Assembly (NCBI GenBank): GCA_963727825.1
Contig: CAVSHO010000010.1
Coordinates: 128,001-192,000, forward strand
Length of the DNA stretch: 64,000 nt
Reading direction: 5' to 3'
Source: Ignavibacteriota bacterium
GTDB lineage: Bacteria; Bacteroidota; Ignavibacteria; UBA10030
Numbering within the stretch: position 1 is the first letter of the stretch; each line of letters starts with the position of its first letter. Shown here piece by piece: positions 22,591 through 30,930 of this stretch. Made by a program: the position numbers and the translations under genes. The notes beneath the pieces were generated by a model. The model was given only the letters and a program-made list of their open reading frames with translations, made no database searches and had not been told where the DNA came from.

Positions 22591-22619
22591 AATTTAACCT
22601 ATAAGTTAAACGATGTCAA
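22591..22619 (-). promoter_or_regulatory. sigma70 promoter of the TAC operon with an overlapping palindromic operator
   Basis: TTGACA (22619-22614)-17 bp-TAAATT (22596-22591); near-palindrome TTTAACCTATAAGTTAAA at 22593-22610. Confidence 0.75.
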
Positions 22620-22769
22620 GTACTTTTTCGTTCCAGAACTGCCCATCTTTATTACCCTAAGCTGTATGTGATTTGCACTCACGAACTCCTTTTAACAGCC
22701 AACAATTGTTTTGGTCGGGAGAATATCTCCCTCCCAGCTTTGGTGAGCCTGTCAAACCACCTCCAATTT

Positions 22770-25700
22770 TTATCTCTTCTCCATCTCCCGCACAATCTTC
22801 ATCGTCTTAACGCTTACCGTGCAGACTTTTTTCAGCAACTCTATCACTTCTTTTTTGTAATCAGAAAATTTGTAGGAGTTAAACTTCTCAGCAATTGTCG
22901 GATCGCTAGGCGTGCTTTCTTTGTATTGATCCAAAACCCATTCCAGTGCGCTGCGGTTACCGAGTTTGTATTCCCACGCTTCTTTTGGGACGCCTGTCAA
23001 TGTCGTTTCATCGTCAATTATAATTGCGCCATTTTCTTTATCGGCTTTGAGTTTGGGTTTCAGCGAAACCTTCCGAAGGTCTCTACGATTCGCTGTGATC
23101 TTCGGAAGGTTAAACGGTTTTGCCTTCTCATAATTCACATGCAAATCCATCAATTGCTTGCCCCATTCTGCCCATTGCCAGAAATCGTCGTACAGCGGTA
23201 CACGCGGAAATTCGCGTTTGAGATTAATTTCATATTTCTTCCGGTAGGCAGGATTGTGCAGCACGGCATAGACATAATGGAAGATATCTTCTTTGGTAAT
23301 CGTCGTAACCTTGCGAAGGTTCTTAGCGGTTGCGCTTGTAACCTTCGCAAGGTTTTCTTCATACTTCTTTCTAAACTGCTCTAAACCCCAATCCGTTATA
23401 TTCTCCACGCGCGTGCCGTCGTTTGCAAAGCGATAAAGCGAAATACATTGTCCATTGGGTGTCAATTGAAGATGCGGAATATACTTTGTAGCTAATGTAT
23501 GAAATGGTTTTTCCATTCCAACGCCATTAAAACAAATGCAAATATTTTTCTTTTCAAAGTATTCTCCAAACATTTCAGTATGATTGGATGTCAATCGATC
23601 ATTCCAATATTTATCTGCATAATAGTACAAAACAGTATATGGGCGGAAATGTGATTTAACAATTAACTTCTTATCAAATTTTGGTTCTATTCTATTATCG
23701 AATTTCCTCTTTAAAGTTTCACTCCATTTAATTGTATCTGGATAGGATTTATTCCTTTTTTTGAGCAATTCAATAATTGTTCGGTTTTCATATAAAAATT
23801 TCTTTTTCAAATTCTCCGAAGAAACATCATATACCCATTCATCGCGATTTGAAACCGTTCCGGGTGATGAAACAGCGAAAATCGATTCATCTCCTACCGT
23901 TGCGATCATTTTATCCCAATCGTTGTCCGAAATATTAATCCAGTTGTTATTTTTATCCGGCTGGACGGTCTCAAATGTTATTTGCTTTAACGGATTGCTT
24001 GAAAGCCATCCAAGTTTTTCTTCCTTCCTCCAAAAATCATCCATTGAGGTATAACGGATAAGACACTTCGTATTATCGCGATTTTCTTTCCTCACTAAGA
24101 ACATCAACGCAACGCCCGTTTGAATACCAAAAACATTGTGTGTTGTTCCAGCAATTTTAGGATTCTGTCTTACATCGCTTTTCGTGTCGATGATGTAGGC
24201 ATAATCAAAATCGTTATAGACACACTTGCGAAATCCGTCAAATGTCCTGCTGTCGATAAACGAGCGATTGGTAATGAACGCAACGACACCATTTTCATCT
24301 AACCGATCAAATGCCCAGCGGTAAAATCGTGCATACATATCGTACAGTTTTGTTTTCTGAGCAGTGCTGTATTTGATAAACGTATCTTTAATCCGTTTAT
24401 CGATGACCGGGTACTCACGATTCTTATTATTCTCATTTTCATTTTGCTGGTTTGCATTATACGGCGGGTTGCCGATAATCACTGAGATTTTCTTTTTGTT
24501 CTGCCGTTTTATGCGCTCTACATTTTCCGCGCTTACGGCAAACAGCCCTTCCTGTTTGTGCCGGTATCCGAATCCCATATTATCCAGCGTATCTACAAAG
24601 CATAGATTTTGAAACTCGGCATACTGCTCCATCTTCTGTTTGTAGGTAAATTCGATGTTCAGGTTGGCAATGTAATAAGGGAGAATTGCCACCTCGTTGG
24701 CATGGAGTTCGTTTTTGTATTTGTATTCCAGCTTGTCGTTGCGTATGTGATCGATAATATCGCAGATGAACGTCCCCGTGCCGGTGGCGGGATCGAGAAT
24801 TTCTACGTCCTTGTCTTCCAAGAACTTGCCGAAGTGTTTGTGCAAAAGATGGTCAGTGCTTTCTACCATAAAGCGCACAATTTCGTTGGGTGTATAAACC
24901 ACGCCGAGCCGGTCGGCGGCTTTGGGATTATAGCTTTTGTAAAACGTTTCGTAAACAGCTTTGAGGAATTTCTGTTTCTCGTGGTGGTCGGCAATTCCCG
25001 CCGCCGCTGCGTTGATCGCCTGATAATAATGCTGAATGCGGTTGAGTGTTTTCTTGCGCACATCGGCAATAAAAAAAGTGTCCACTACTTTTTCCAACGC
25101 CTTTGCCACATTGTTTTCGCGGTGGAAGTACGGCTCATCGAACACGGTGTTGAAAATATCCGCGGTGAGAATATGCTGGATCATCATTTCGGTAATATCA
25201 CCGAGCGTAATCTGCGGGTTTATCGCCTCTTTGCATATCTCGAAGAACTCGTCGCGTGCTTCGACATAGAACTTGTTGTGCTTCTCGGCTTGCGCCATTA
25301 CATTCCGAAGCGTTTCAGTTACATTCGGCACATCTTCTTTAAAGAGTTCAATTGCCTTCCGGAAGGTTTCCACTTCCGGTCGCTGGTAGCTGACGAATTC
25401 TTTTAGAATTCTATCTAACGCATCGGCATCACTGAAAGAGGCACGATCAACTTCAATGCCGCTTTGAATCAGGACGGCGGTGTTGCTATCTTCAAAGAGA
25501 ATATTAACATCTGGATAACCTTTTTCAAATTTCTTTTGGATTTCTTCATCGATGTCATCGGCTTCGTCTTTACTTTCCCAATAACCCCAATCCTGACGCA
25601 AACTGTCCTTGAGCGTGCCGTCCGGTTTTACTTTTCTACCGAGCTTGCCTTTTACCCAAACTTGCGGAACCAGCATCAATTCTTTTTGCTGTGCGTAGTC

Positions 25701-25811
25701 GTTGAGCAGTGTATAGAATGCCTGACTGACGGTAGATTCCATTTTTGTGCCGCCGCGCTGCTTGAGTTTTTCTACTTCCTGATAATAGTGTTGTATGCTG
25801 TTTGTCGTCAT
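22770..25811 (-). CDS. Single-chain restriction-modification enzyme (nuclease + N6-adenine MTase + Type ISP-like C-terminal specificity region; no helicase)
   Basis: N-terminal PDGT...WESK nuclease motif, ILDPATGTGTF (motif I), IIGNPPY (motif IV) and LlaBIII-like C-terminus (IFHYVYAVLH.P.YR..Y...L.REFPRVP; AWEYKLGNRSALEW). Confidence 0.88.
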   Translation of the reverse strand: MTTNSIQHYYQEVEKLKQRGGTKMESTVSQAFYTLLNDYAQQKELMLVPQVWVKGKLGRKVKPDGTLKDSLRQDWGYWESKDEADDIDEEIQKKFEKGYPDVNILFEDSNTAVLIQSGIEVDRASFSDADALDRILKEFVSYQRPEVETFRKAIELFKEDVPNVTETLRNVMAQAEKHNKFYVEARDEFFEICKEAINPQITLGDITEMMIQHILTADIFNTVFDEPYFHRENNVAKALEKVVDTFFIADVRKKTLNRIQHYYQAINAAAAGIADHHEKQKFLKAVYETFYKSYNPKAADRLGVVYTPNEIVRFMVESTDHLLHKHFGKFLEDKDVEILDPATGTGTFICDIIDHIRNDKLEYKYKNELHANEVAILPYYIANLNIEFTYKQKMEQYAEFQNLCFVDTLDNMGFGYRHKQEGLFAVSAENVERIKRQNKKKISVIIGNPPYNANQQNENENNKNREYPVIDKRIKDTFIKYSTAQKTKLYDMYARFYRWAFDRLDENGVVAFITNRSFIDSRTFDGFRKCVYNDFDYAYIIDTKSDVRQNPKIAGTTHNVFGIQTGVALMFLVRKENRDNTKCLIRYTSMDDFWRKEEKLGWLSSNPLKQITFETVQPDKNNNWINISDNDWDKMIATVGDESIFAVSSPGTVSNRDEWVYDVSSENLKKKFLYENRTIIELLKKRNKSYPDTIKWSETLKRKFDNRIEPKFDKKLIVKSHFRPYTVLYYYADKYWNDRLTSNHTEMFGEYFEKKNICICFNGVGMEKPFHTLATKYIPHLQLTPNGQCISLYRFANDGTRVENITDWGLEQFRKKYEENLAKVTSATAKNLRKVTTITKEDIFHYVYAVLHNPAYRKKYEINLKREFPRVPLYDDFWQWAEWGKQLMDLHVNYEKAKPFNLPKITANRRDLRKVSLKPKLKADKENGAIIIDDETTLTGVPKEAWEYKLGNRSALEWVLDQYKESTPSDPTIAEKFNSYKFSDYKKEVIELLKKVCTVSVKTMKIVREMEKR
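23067..23111. repeat. 45-bp in-frame inverted-repeat element inside the RM gene
   Basis: AACCTTCCGAAGGT-17 nt-ATCTTCGGAAGGTT, arms 13/14 complementary. Confidence 0.85.
23307..23354. repeat. 48-bp in-frame inverted-repeat element inside the RM gene
   Basis: AACCTTGCGAAGGTT-18 nt-AACCTTCGCAAGGTT, perfect 15-bp arms. Confidence 0.9.
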
Positions 25812-25987
25812 AAACAACTATCGCTTAGTAATTTTGTTGGAGTGCTTGTCACCGTTAATCTACCGAACCCTTAGCTTTTATGCAATGTTGTCTCCTTAAT
25901 AAAACAAAAACCCCAATGCTCTATTAAACACTGGGGATTAGGGATACTAACGCGCTATTGGGGAGACCGGTGCAAGATCACTTTTCA

Positions 25988-26422
25988 CTACTTCAGATGC
26001 CCGACTGCCTCTTCCACTGCTCCAACAAAATCATTTGCAGCATTGTTGAACACAGCAATACTTCGCCTTGATAATTTGTTCGGGTCTTCTTTTGACGGCT
26101 GGCTTTCGCTAATTGAGAAATAGCGCGATTTGTTCTTTGCTTCTTTCACATCTACGTAATATGTGATCTTCCCTGACTTCATTTTCCTCGTGAACTCACC
26201 TTCACCATCAATTACTGTTTTCGCTTCTTTCAATGCACTGATGAATTCATCTGCCACGCTGCCAAAGACGGTTACGCTGCGTTTCGCAAATTGCTTTTCT
26301 CCTTCCTTCGGCGGCTGGCTTGCTGTAACAGTGAGATATTTCTTGTTGTTCTTCGCCTCTTTCACATCCATGAAATAGGTGGTAGAGCCCGCTTTGAGCG
26401 TTTTGCTGAATAGTGCATCCAT
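25988..26422 (-). CDS. PUR-family (DUF3276-like) ssDNA/RNA-binding protein with two tandem repeats
   Basis: FSKTLKAGSTTYFMDVKEAKNNKKYLTVTAS and FTRKMKSGKITYYVDVKEAKNKSRYFSISES, each followed by a strand and an amphipathic helix. Confidence 0.8.
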   Translation of the reverse strand: MDALFSKTLKAGSTTYFMDVKEAKNNKKYLTVTASQPPKEGEKQFAKRSVTVFGSVADEFISALKEAKTVIDGEGEFTRKMKSGKITYYVDVKEAKNKSRYFSISESQPSKEDPNKLSRRSIAVFNNAANDFVGAVEEAVGHLK

Positions 26423-26641
26423 GACATTACTCCCTAATTGATATTATTGATTTGTGAATTAGTAAAACGTAGTTAAAAATAAATACAGCACGTTCAACTT
26501 AATTGACAGAACAAAAATGCCAATACTGAAATCATGAAAGATGAATGACCCAGAATATCCAATGAATCGTAGTAATAAGGGATAGCTTTAGTAGTATCAC
26601 CCCGAAAAAAACTACAGTTTTTAAAGAGAAATGTCAAGAAT

Positions 26642-26676
26642 AAAAAACGCCCCTCAAACCTTGCGGCTGAGAGGCG
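26642..26676 (-). terminator. groEL intrinsic terminator
   Basis: Imperfect GC-rich stem (CGCCCCTCA/TGAGAGGCG) followed by U6 on the minus strand. Confidence 0.7.
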
Positions 26677-26756
26677 CCTGTTTTAACATTGGTATGTTAT
26701 TTGTCAGAAGTTGAAATCAATCATACTTAATACTTTTGACTTCAAACTTTAACTTT

Positions 26757-28397
26757 TTAGTACATATCTCCGCCCATACCACCACCCGGAGGCATTGGAG
26801 GCATAGAATCCTTCTTCTCCGGTTTCTCTACTATGGTTGCTTCTGTTGTCAACAATAAGCCGGCAACACTGGACGCGTTTTCAATTGCAATACGGGCAAC
26901 CTTAGTCGGGTCGATAACACCGGACTTCACGAGGTTTTCGTACTTTTCTGTCTGCGCATTGAAACCGTAATCATCTTTGCCATTCTTTACTTCGTTCACA
27001 ACGACAGCGCCGTCATAACCGGCATTTGCGGCAATCTGGCGAAGCGGCTCTTCCAAAACACGGCGGATAATATTTACGCCCGTCTTCTGGTCAAGATTTT
27101 CCGTCTTTACTTCATCAAGCTTTTTCACACAACGAAGGAATGCAACGCCACCGCCTGGAATGATACCTTCCTCGACCGCTGCCCGTGTGGCATGAAGTGC
27201 GTCTTCTACACGCGCTTTCTTTTCCTTCATCTCTACTTCTGTTGATGCACCAATTTTAAGTACGGCAACACCTCCAGAAAGTTTTGCGAGGCGTTCCTGC
27301 AATTTTTCCTTGTCGTAATCGGATGTGGTCTTATCAATCTGCTGTTTGATTTCGTTGATGCGCTTTTTGATATCTTCCTTCTTGCCGGCACCTTGCACAA
27401 TCGTCGTATTGTCTTTATCGATTGTGACACGGTTGGCAGTTCCAAGATATGCAAGCGTCGCATTCTCAAGCTTATAGCCCTTTTCTTCGGAGATAACTTG
27501 ACCGCCGGTGAGGATAGCAATATCTTCCAGCATTGCTTTGCGACGATCGCCGAAGCCCGGAGCTTTCACTGCGCAAATGCGAAGTGTGCCTCGTAACTTG
27601 TTCACTACCAATGTAGCAAGCGCTTCGCCTTCCACCTCTTCCGAGATGATTAGCAGGCTTTTTCCGGCTTGAGCAATTTTTTCTAATATTGGCAGCAAAT
27701 CCTTCATGGCACTTATTTTCTTGTCATGAATTAGGATGTATGGATTTTCAAGAACGGTTTCCATTCTATCTGCATCGGTTACAAAATATGGCGACAGATA
27801 ACCGCGGTCGAACTGCATCCCTTCGACAACCTCTAAAGTTGTCTCAGTGCCTTTTGCTTCTTCAACTGTAATGACGCCATCTTTGCCAACTTTTGCCATA
27901 GCATTGGCAATCAATTCGCCAATAGCACTGTCATTGTTTGCAGAGATGGAACCAACTTGTGCAATCTTTTCTTTATCATCACCAACAGTCTTGCTGATTT
28001 CTTTGAGACCTTCGACGACTTTTTTCACAGCTAGATCGATTCCGCGTTTCAAATCCATCGGATTAGCGCCGGCAGTTACGTTCTTCAATCCTTCGCGCAC
28101 AATTGCTTGTGCAAGAATTGTTGCGGTCGTAGTGCCATCACCAGCAACATCGGATGTCTTTGAGGCGACTTCGCGAACCATCTGTGCGCCCATGTTTTCG
28201 ATAGGATCAGAAAGTTCGATTTCTTTCGCCACTGTCACACCATCTTTAGTAATTGTTGGTGCGCCAAATTTTTTATCTATTACAACGTTGCGCCCTTTGG
28301 GTCCAAGTGTCACCTTCACTGCATTTGCGAGTTGATCAACACCCTTCTTTAAAGCGGCACGCGCTTCAGTTTCATAATTAATTAATTTCGATGCCAT
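26757..28397 (-). CDS. groL: Chaperonin GroEL
   Basis: [22 protein letters not shown] and GGM tail; start set at MASKLINY. Confidence 0.99.
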   Translation of the reverse strand: MASKLINYETEARAALKKGVDQLANAVKVTLGPKGRNVVIDKKFGAPTITKDGVTVAKEIELSDPIENMGAQMVREVASKTSDVAGDGTTTATILAQAIVREGLKNVTAGANPMDLKRGIDLAVKKVVEGLKEISKTVGDDKEKIAQVGSISANNDSAIGELIANAMAKVGKDGVITVEEAKGTETTLEVVEGMQFDRGYLSPYFVTDADRMETVLENPYILIHDKKISAMKDLLPILEKIAQAGKSLLIISEEVEGEALATLVVNKLRGTLRICAVKAPGFGDRRKAMLEDIAILTGGQVISEEKGYKLENATLAYLGTANRVTIDKDNTTIVQGAGKKEDIKKRINEIKQQIDKTTSDYDKEKLQERLAKLSGGVAVLKIGASTEVEMKEKKARVEDALHATRAAVEEGIIPGGGVAFLRCVKKLDEVKTENLDQKTGVNIIRRVLEEPLRQIAANAGYDGAVVVNEVKNGKDDYGFNAQTEKYENLVKSGVIDPTKVARIAIENASSVAGLLLTTEATIVEKPEKKDSMPPMPPGGGMGGDMY

Positions 28398-28416
28398 ATT
28401 CTTTTTCTCCTTTTTC

Positions 28417-28707
28417 TTACTTTGGCATAATGGCAAAGATATCACTTTCGCGCATGAGCAAAAGTTCTTCACCTTCCATTGTGACTTCAGTTCCGGAATA
28501 CTTTCCGTACAGAACCTTATTGCCGACCTTCACTTCCATCGGGATAGTTTTTCCATCATCGGAAACTCTTCCTGGGCCAACAGCAATCACTTCGCCCCAT
28601 ACCGGCTTCTCTTTTGCCGTATCTGGTACGATAATACCGCCTTTTGTCATTTCTTCGGCTTTAGACGGTTTTACAACAACACGATCCGCCAATGGTTTGA
28701 GCATCAT
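28417..28707 (-). CDS. groS: Co-chaperonin GroES
   Basis: [10 protein letters not shown]...[13 protein letters not shown]...KYSGTEV; AGGAGG RBS upstream. Confidence 0.98.
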   Translation of the reverse strand: MMLKPLADRVVVKPSKAEEMTKGGIIVPDTAKEKPVWGEVIAVGPGRVSDDGKTIPMEVKVGNKVLYGKYSGTEVTMEGEELLLMRESDIFAIMPK

Positions 28708-28751
28708 AAAACGACCTCCTTTTGATTGTTTATTTGTACCTTTTAAATGAA

Positions 28752-28778
28752 TTAGCACTCTATATCTATGAGTGCTAA
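28752..28778. promoter_or_regulatory. CIRCE operator (HrcA binding site)
   Basis: Perfect TTAGCACTC-N9-GAGTGCTAA, directly downstream of a minus-strand TTGACT-17-TATATT promoter (28805-28777). Confidence 0.97.
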
Positions 28779-28820
28779 TATAACGTTCTTTGGCGTTAAA
28801 GTCAAGGTGAAAAATAAGAA

Positions 28821-29375
28821 TTACAGATTTGCCTTAATACGGTGGAAGAAATGACCAGCAATTCTATCAATAATCACAAGTAAGACAATTGCTAGTAACG
28901 CAAAGGTGATGGTTTGTGAATGTGATACATCTACGTTTTGAGGATGAATTTTCGGCGTTAAATAGCCACTAAGTTGCTGACTACCTATTTGGATAATTTT
29001 AACAAATTCAATAACCGGTTCAATCTTTGTAGGACTATTGTTTTTAAAAGCATGAGCATCTGTGAATGAAAATGCATACCAGAAAAAAGCAAGAGCTAAT
29101 GCCATTGCAATAACATTGCCCATATTATTAAGAATCCATTCATACCATTTTTTCTTTTTTGAAGGTATAACATCATTGAGAACGTTCTGTGTAAAATTAA
29201 TCGAGGGCTTGACGAGCTGTATTTTTTGCGATATTCTTACGATTGATTTCTGCAGCTCGACTTCTTTTTGACAAGTCTGGCAAGATTTTAAATGAATCAA
29301 ATATAATTCTATTTCGCTTTGTGGTATATCACCATCAGCTATTCTACAGATAACGTCAAAAGAAAGGTGGTTCAT
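28821..29375 (-). CDS. Membrane-anchored anti-sigma factor (zinc-binding HxxxCxxC)
   Basis: HLKSCQTC motif, two hydrophobic segments, directly downstream of an ECF sigma. Confidence 0.8.
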   Translation of the reverse strand: MNHLSFDVICRIADGDIPQSEIELYLIHLKSCQTCQKEVELQKSIVRISQKIQLVKPSINFTQNVLNDVIPSKKKKWYEWILNNMGNVIAMALALAFFWYAFSFTDAHAFKNNSPTKIEPVIEFVKIIQIGSQQLSGYLTPKIHPQNVDVSHSQTITFALLAIVLLVIIDRIAGHFFHRIKANL

Positions 29376-29390
29376 TTTTTAATATCCTTC

Positions 29391-29975
29391 TTATTCATTT
29401 ATTACAAGAGAATGATCCATTCTCTTTACTATTGCCTCTCGCAGCATTGCCCGTGCCCGAAAGAGCCTTGCCTTGACTGTACCCAGCGGTAATCCGGTTA
29501 CTTGAACGATTTCTTCATAACTCATTTCTTGAATAGTAAATAATGTAAATGTACTTCCATAAACAACTGGTAATTTTTTTACTTCCTCGCAGACAATTTT
29601 CGTAAATTCGTCGGATTCCATTCTCAAGTCGGGTTGCAATTCATCCGACTCGATCTCCATTTGCGGTCTATCTTCACCCACTATATCAAGTGAAATATGA
29701 TATTTTCCGCTCCTTTTTTTAACTGCTGTTGCGCATGTATTGTAAACTATTCGATAGAACCACGTTGAGAAATTTGATCTCCATTCGAATGAAGATAATG
29801 CACGATATACACGCACAAAAGCATCCTGTAATGCTTCTTCGGCCTCTTCACGGTTTTTTAGAATTCTGAATGCCAGAGTCATTGCTTTAGCTTTATGCTT
29901 ATCAACAAGAATTCCGAAGGATCGCACATCGCCATCCAGGACACGTTGGATTATCTCTTTATCCGTATCACTCAT
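29391..29975 (-). CDS. ECF RNA polymerase sigma factor
   Basis: AEEALQDAFVRVY, FSTWFYRIVYN and MSYEEI...LGTVKARLFRAR. Confidence 0.95.
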   Translation of the reverse strand: MSDTDKEIIQRVLDGDVRSFGILVDKHKAKAMTLAFRILKNREEAEEALQDAFVRVYRALSSFEWRSNFSTWFYRIVYNTCATAVKKRSGKYHISLDIVGEDRPQMEIESDELQPDLRMESDEFTKIVCEEVKKLPVVYGSTFTLFTIQEMSYEEIVQVTGLPLGTVKARLFRARAMLREAIVKRMDHSLVINE

Positions 29976-30001
29976 CTGAATCTACCGGCATTCATAAGAA
30001 C

Positions 30002-30070
30002 TTAGACCCAATTTTTCGTATTTAGGTTTCAGAACTTTTCCTGAAACCTTTTCTTCAAACTTCAGGTCAA
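30002..30070. promoter_or_regulatory. Back-to-back ECF-type promoters
   Basis: + strand TGAAACC(30042)-16 nt-GGTCAA; - strand TGAAACC(30031)-16 nt-GGTCTA. Confidence 0.7.
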
Positions 30071-30123
30071 AGTTACTAAAGCAGACAATCAACATCAATC
30101 ACAAATAACGCAGGAGAAAAACA

Positions 30124-30486
30124 ATGCAAGAAGATATTATTATTCCTATTGTTATCTTTGGAGGGGCGGCATTAGTGTTATGGACCTATTTTGATGGCCG
30201 TCATAAAGAACGAATGGCAATGATCGAAAAGGGAGTCAATCCTGCTGATTTCAAATCAGGCACTCCATTCCGGCTATGGCAAGGGAGTGTGCTCAGCAAT
30301 CTTAAATGGGGACTCCTATTTGTTTTTATTGGCATTGGATTACTCGTCGGTCAGCAACTTGAATATTACTTTGGATTTCATGAAGGATCGGCTATTTTTG
30401 GAAGTATGTTGATTACAGGCGGTCTTGCTTTAATCATCTTTTATTTCATTGCATCAAGGAAAATGAAAGAAAAGCAAGATGACTAA
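30124..30486 (+). CDS. DUF6249-like small membrane protein
   Basis: RHKERMAMIEKG, LKWGLLFVFIGIGLLVG and GGLALIIFY; divergent from the ECF sigma. Confidence 0.8.
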   Translation: MQEDIIIPIVIFGGAALVLWTYFDGRHKERMAMIEKGVNPADFKSGTPFRLWQGSVLSNLKWGLLFVFIGIGLLVGQQLEYYFGFHEGSAIFGSMLITGGLALIIFYFIASRKMKEKQDD

Positions 30487-30510
30487 GGATAATCTCGCTC
30501 ATTCTCAACG

Positions 30511-30550
30511 AAAGCCGTTCCCGATACTAATCGGGATCGGCTTTTATTTT
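30511..30550 (+). terminator. Intrinsic terminator
   Basis: AAAGCCG-T-TCCCGAT...ATCGGGA-T-CGGCTTT followed by TATTTT. Confidence 0.8.
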
Positions 30551-30930
30551 GTACTCATTAATATTTTTGCTTCTCACGCAACACCTTGAAAGAAACAATC
30601 GTATAAATATTCATATTTCTGACAATACTATTCTTAACAATTCTTATAAAGAATATTCCGGCAATTATATTCTCATCCTGTGGGTTTAAGGATCATAATA
30701 CGCTATAGGATAAAATCGATTTGATAGATTCCAATCATTTACAAAAATCAATAAAACTATTGTATTCATTTATAACTGAATTAGGAATGAACAATAATTA
30801 TTTTGATCCAAAATAAGATAGACAAAATATACAACTAAGTTTAAGCTTACGATATGAAATTATTATTTAGTATGAGAAAGAAAATTTTGCATAGGCATTT
30901 CTGCCTGTTAGATTAAGATAAACAACAAGC

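Noticed and set aside
22668-23384. 238-aa and 265-aa (24609-25406) + strand ORFs antisense to the RM gene
   Set aside because: These are shadow frames with no recognisable motifs, as are the antisense ORFs over groEL, ftsH, guaB and ispG.
21150-25990. Prophage or integrative element carrying the defence genes
   Set aside because: No integrase, transposase, phage structural genes or flanking direct repeats were seen.
26505-26525. sigma54 promoter (TTGGCAT...) upstream of the PUR gene
   Set aside because: The required GC at -12 is absent (reads CT).
28398-28472. N-terminal extension of GroEL (and similar extensions of GroES, RuvA, the exonuclease and the Spy-like protein) in the ORF track
   Set aside because: These are longest-ORF artefacts; downstream starts fit RBS positions and family N-termini better.
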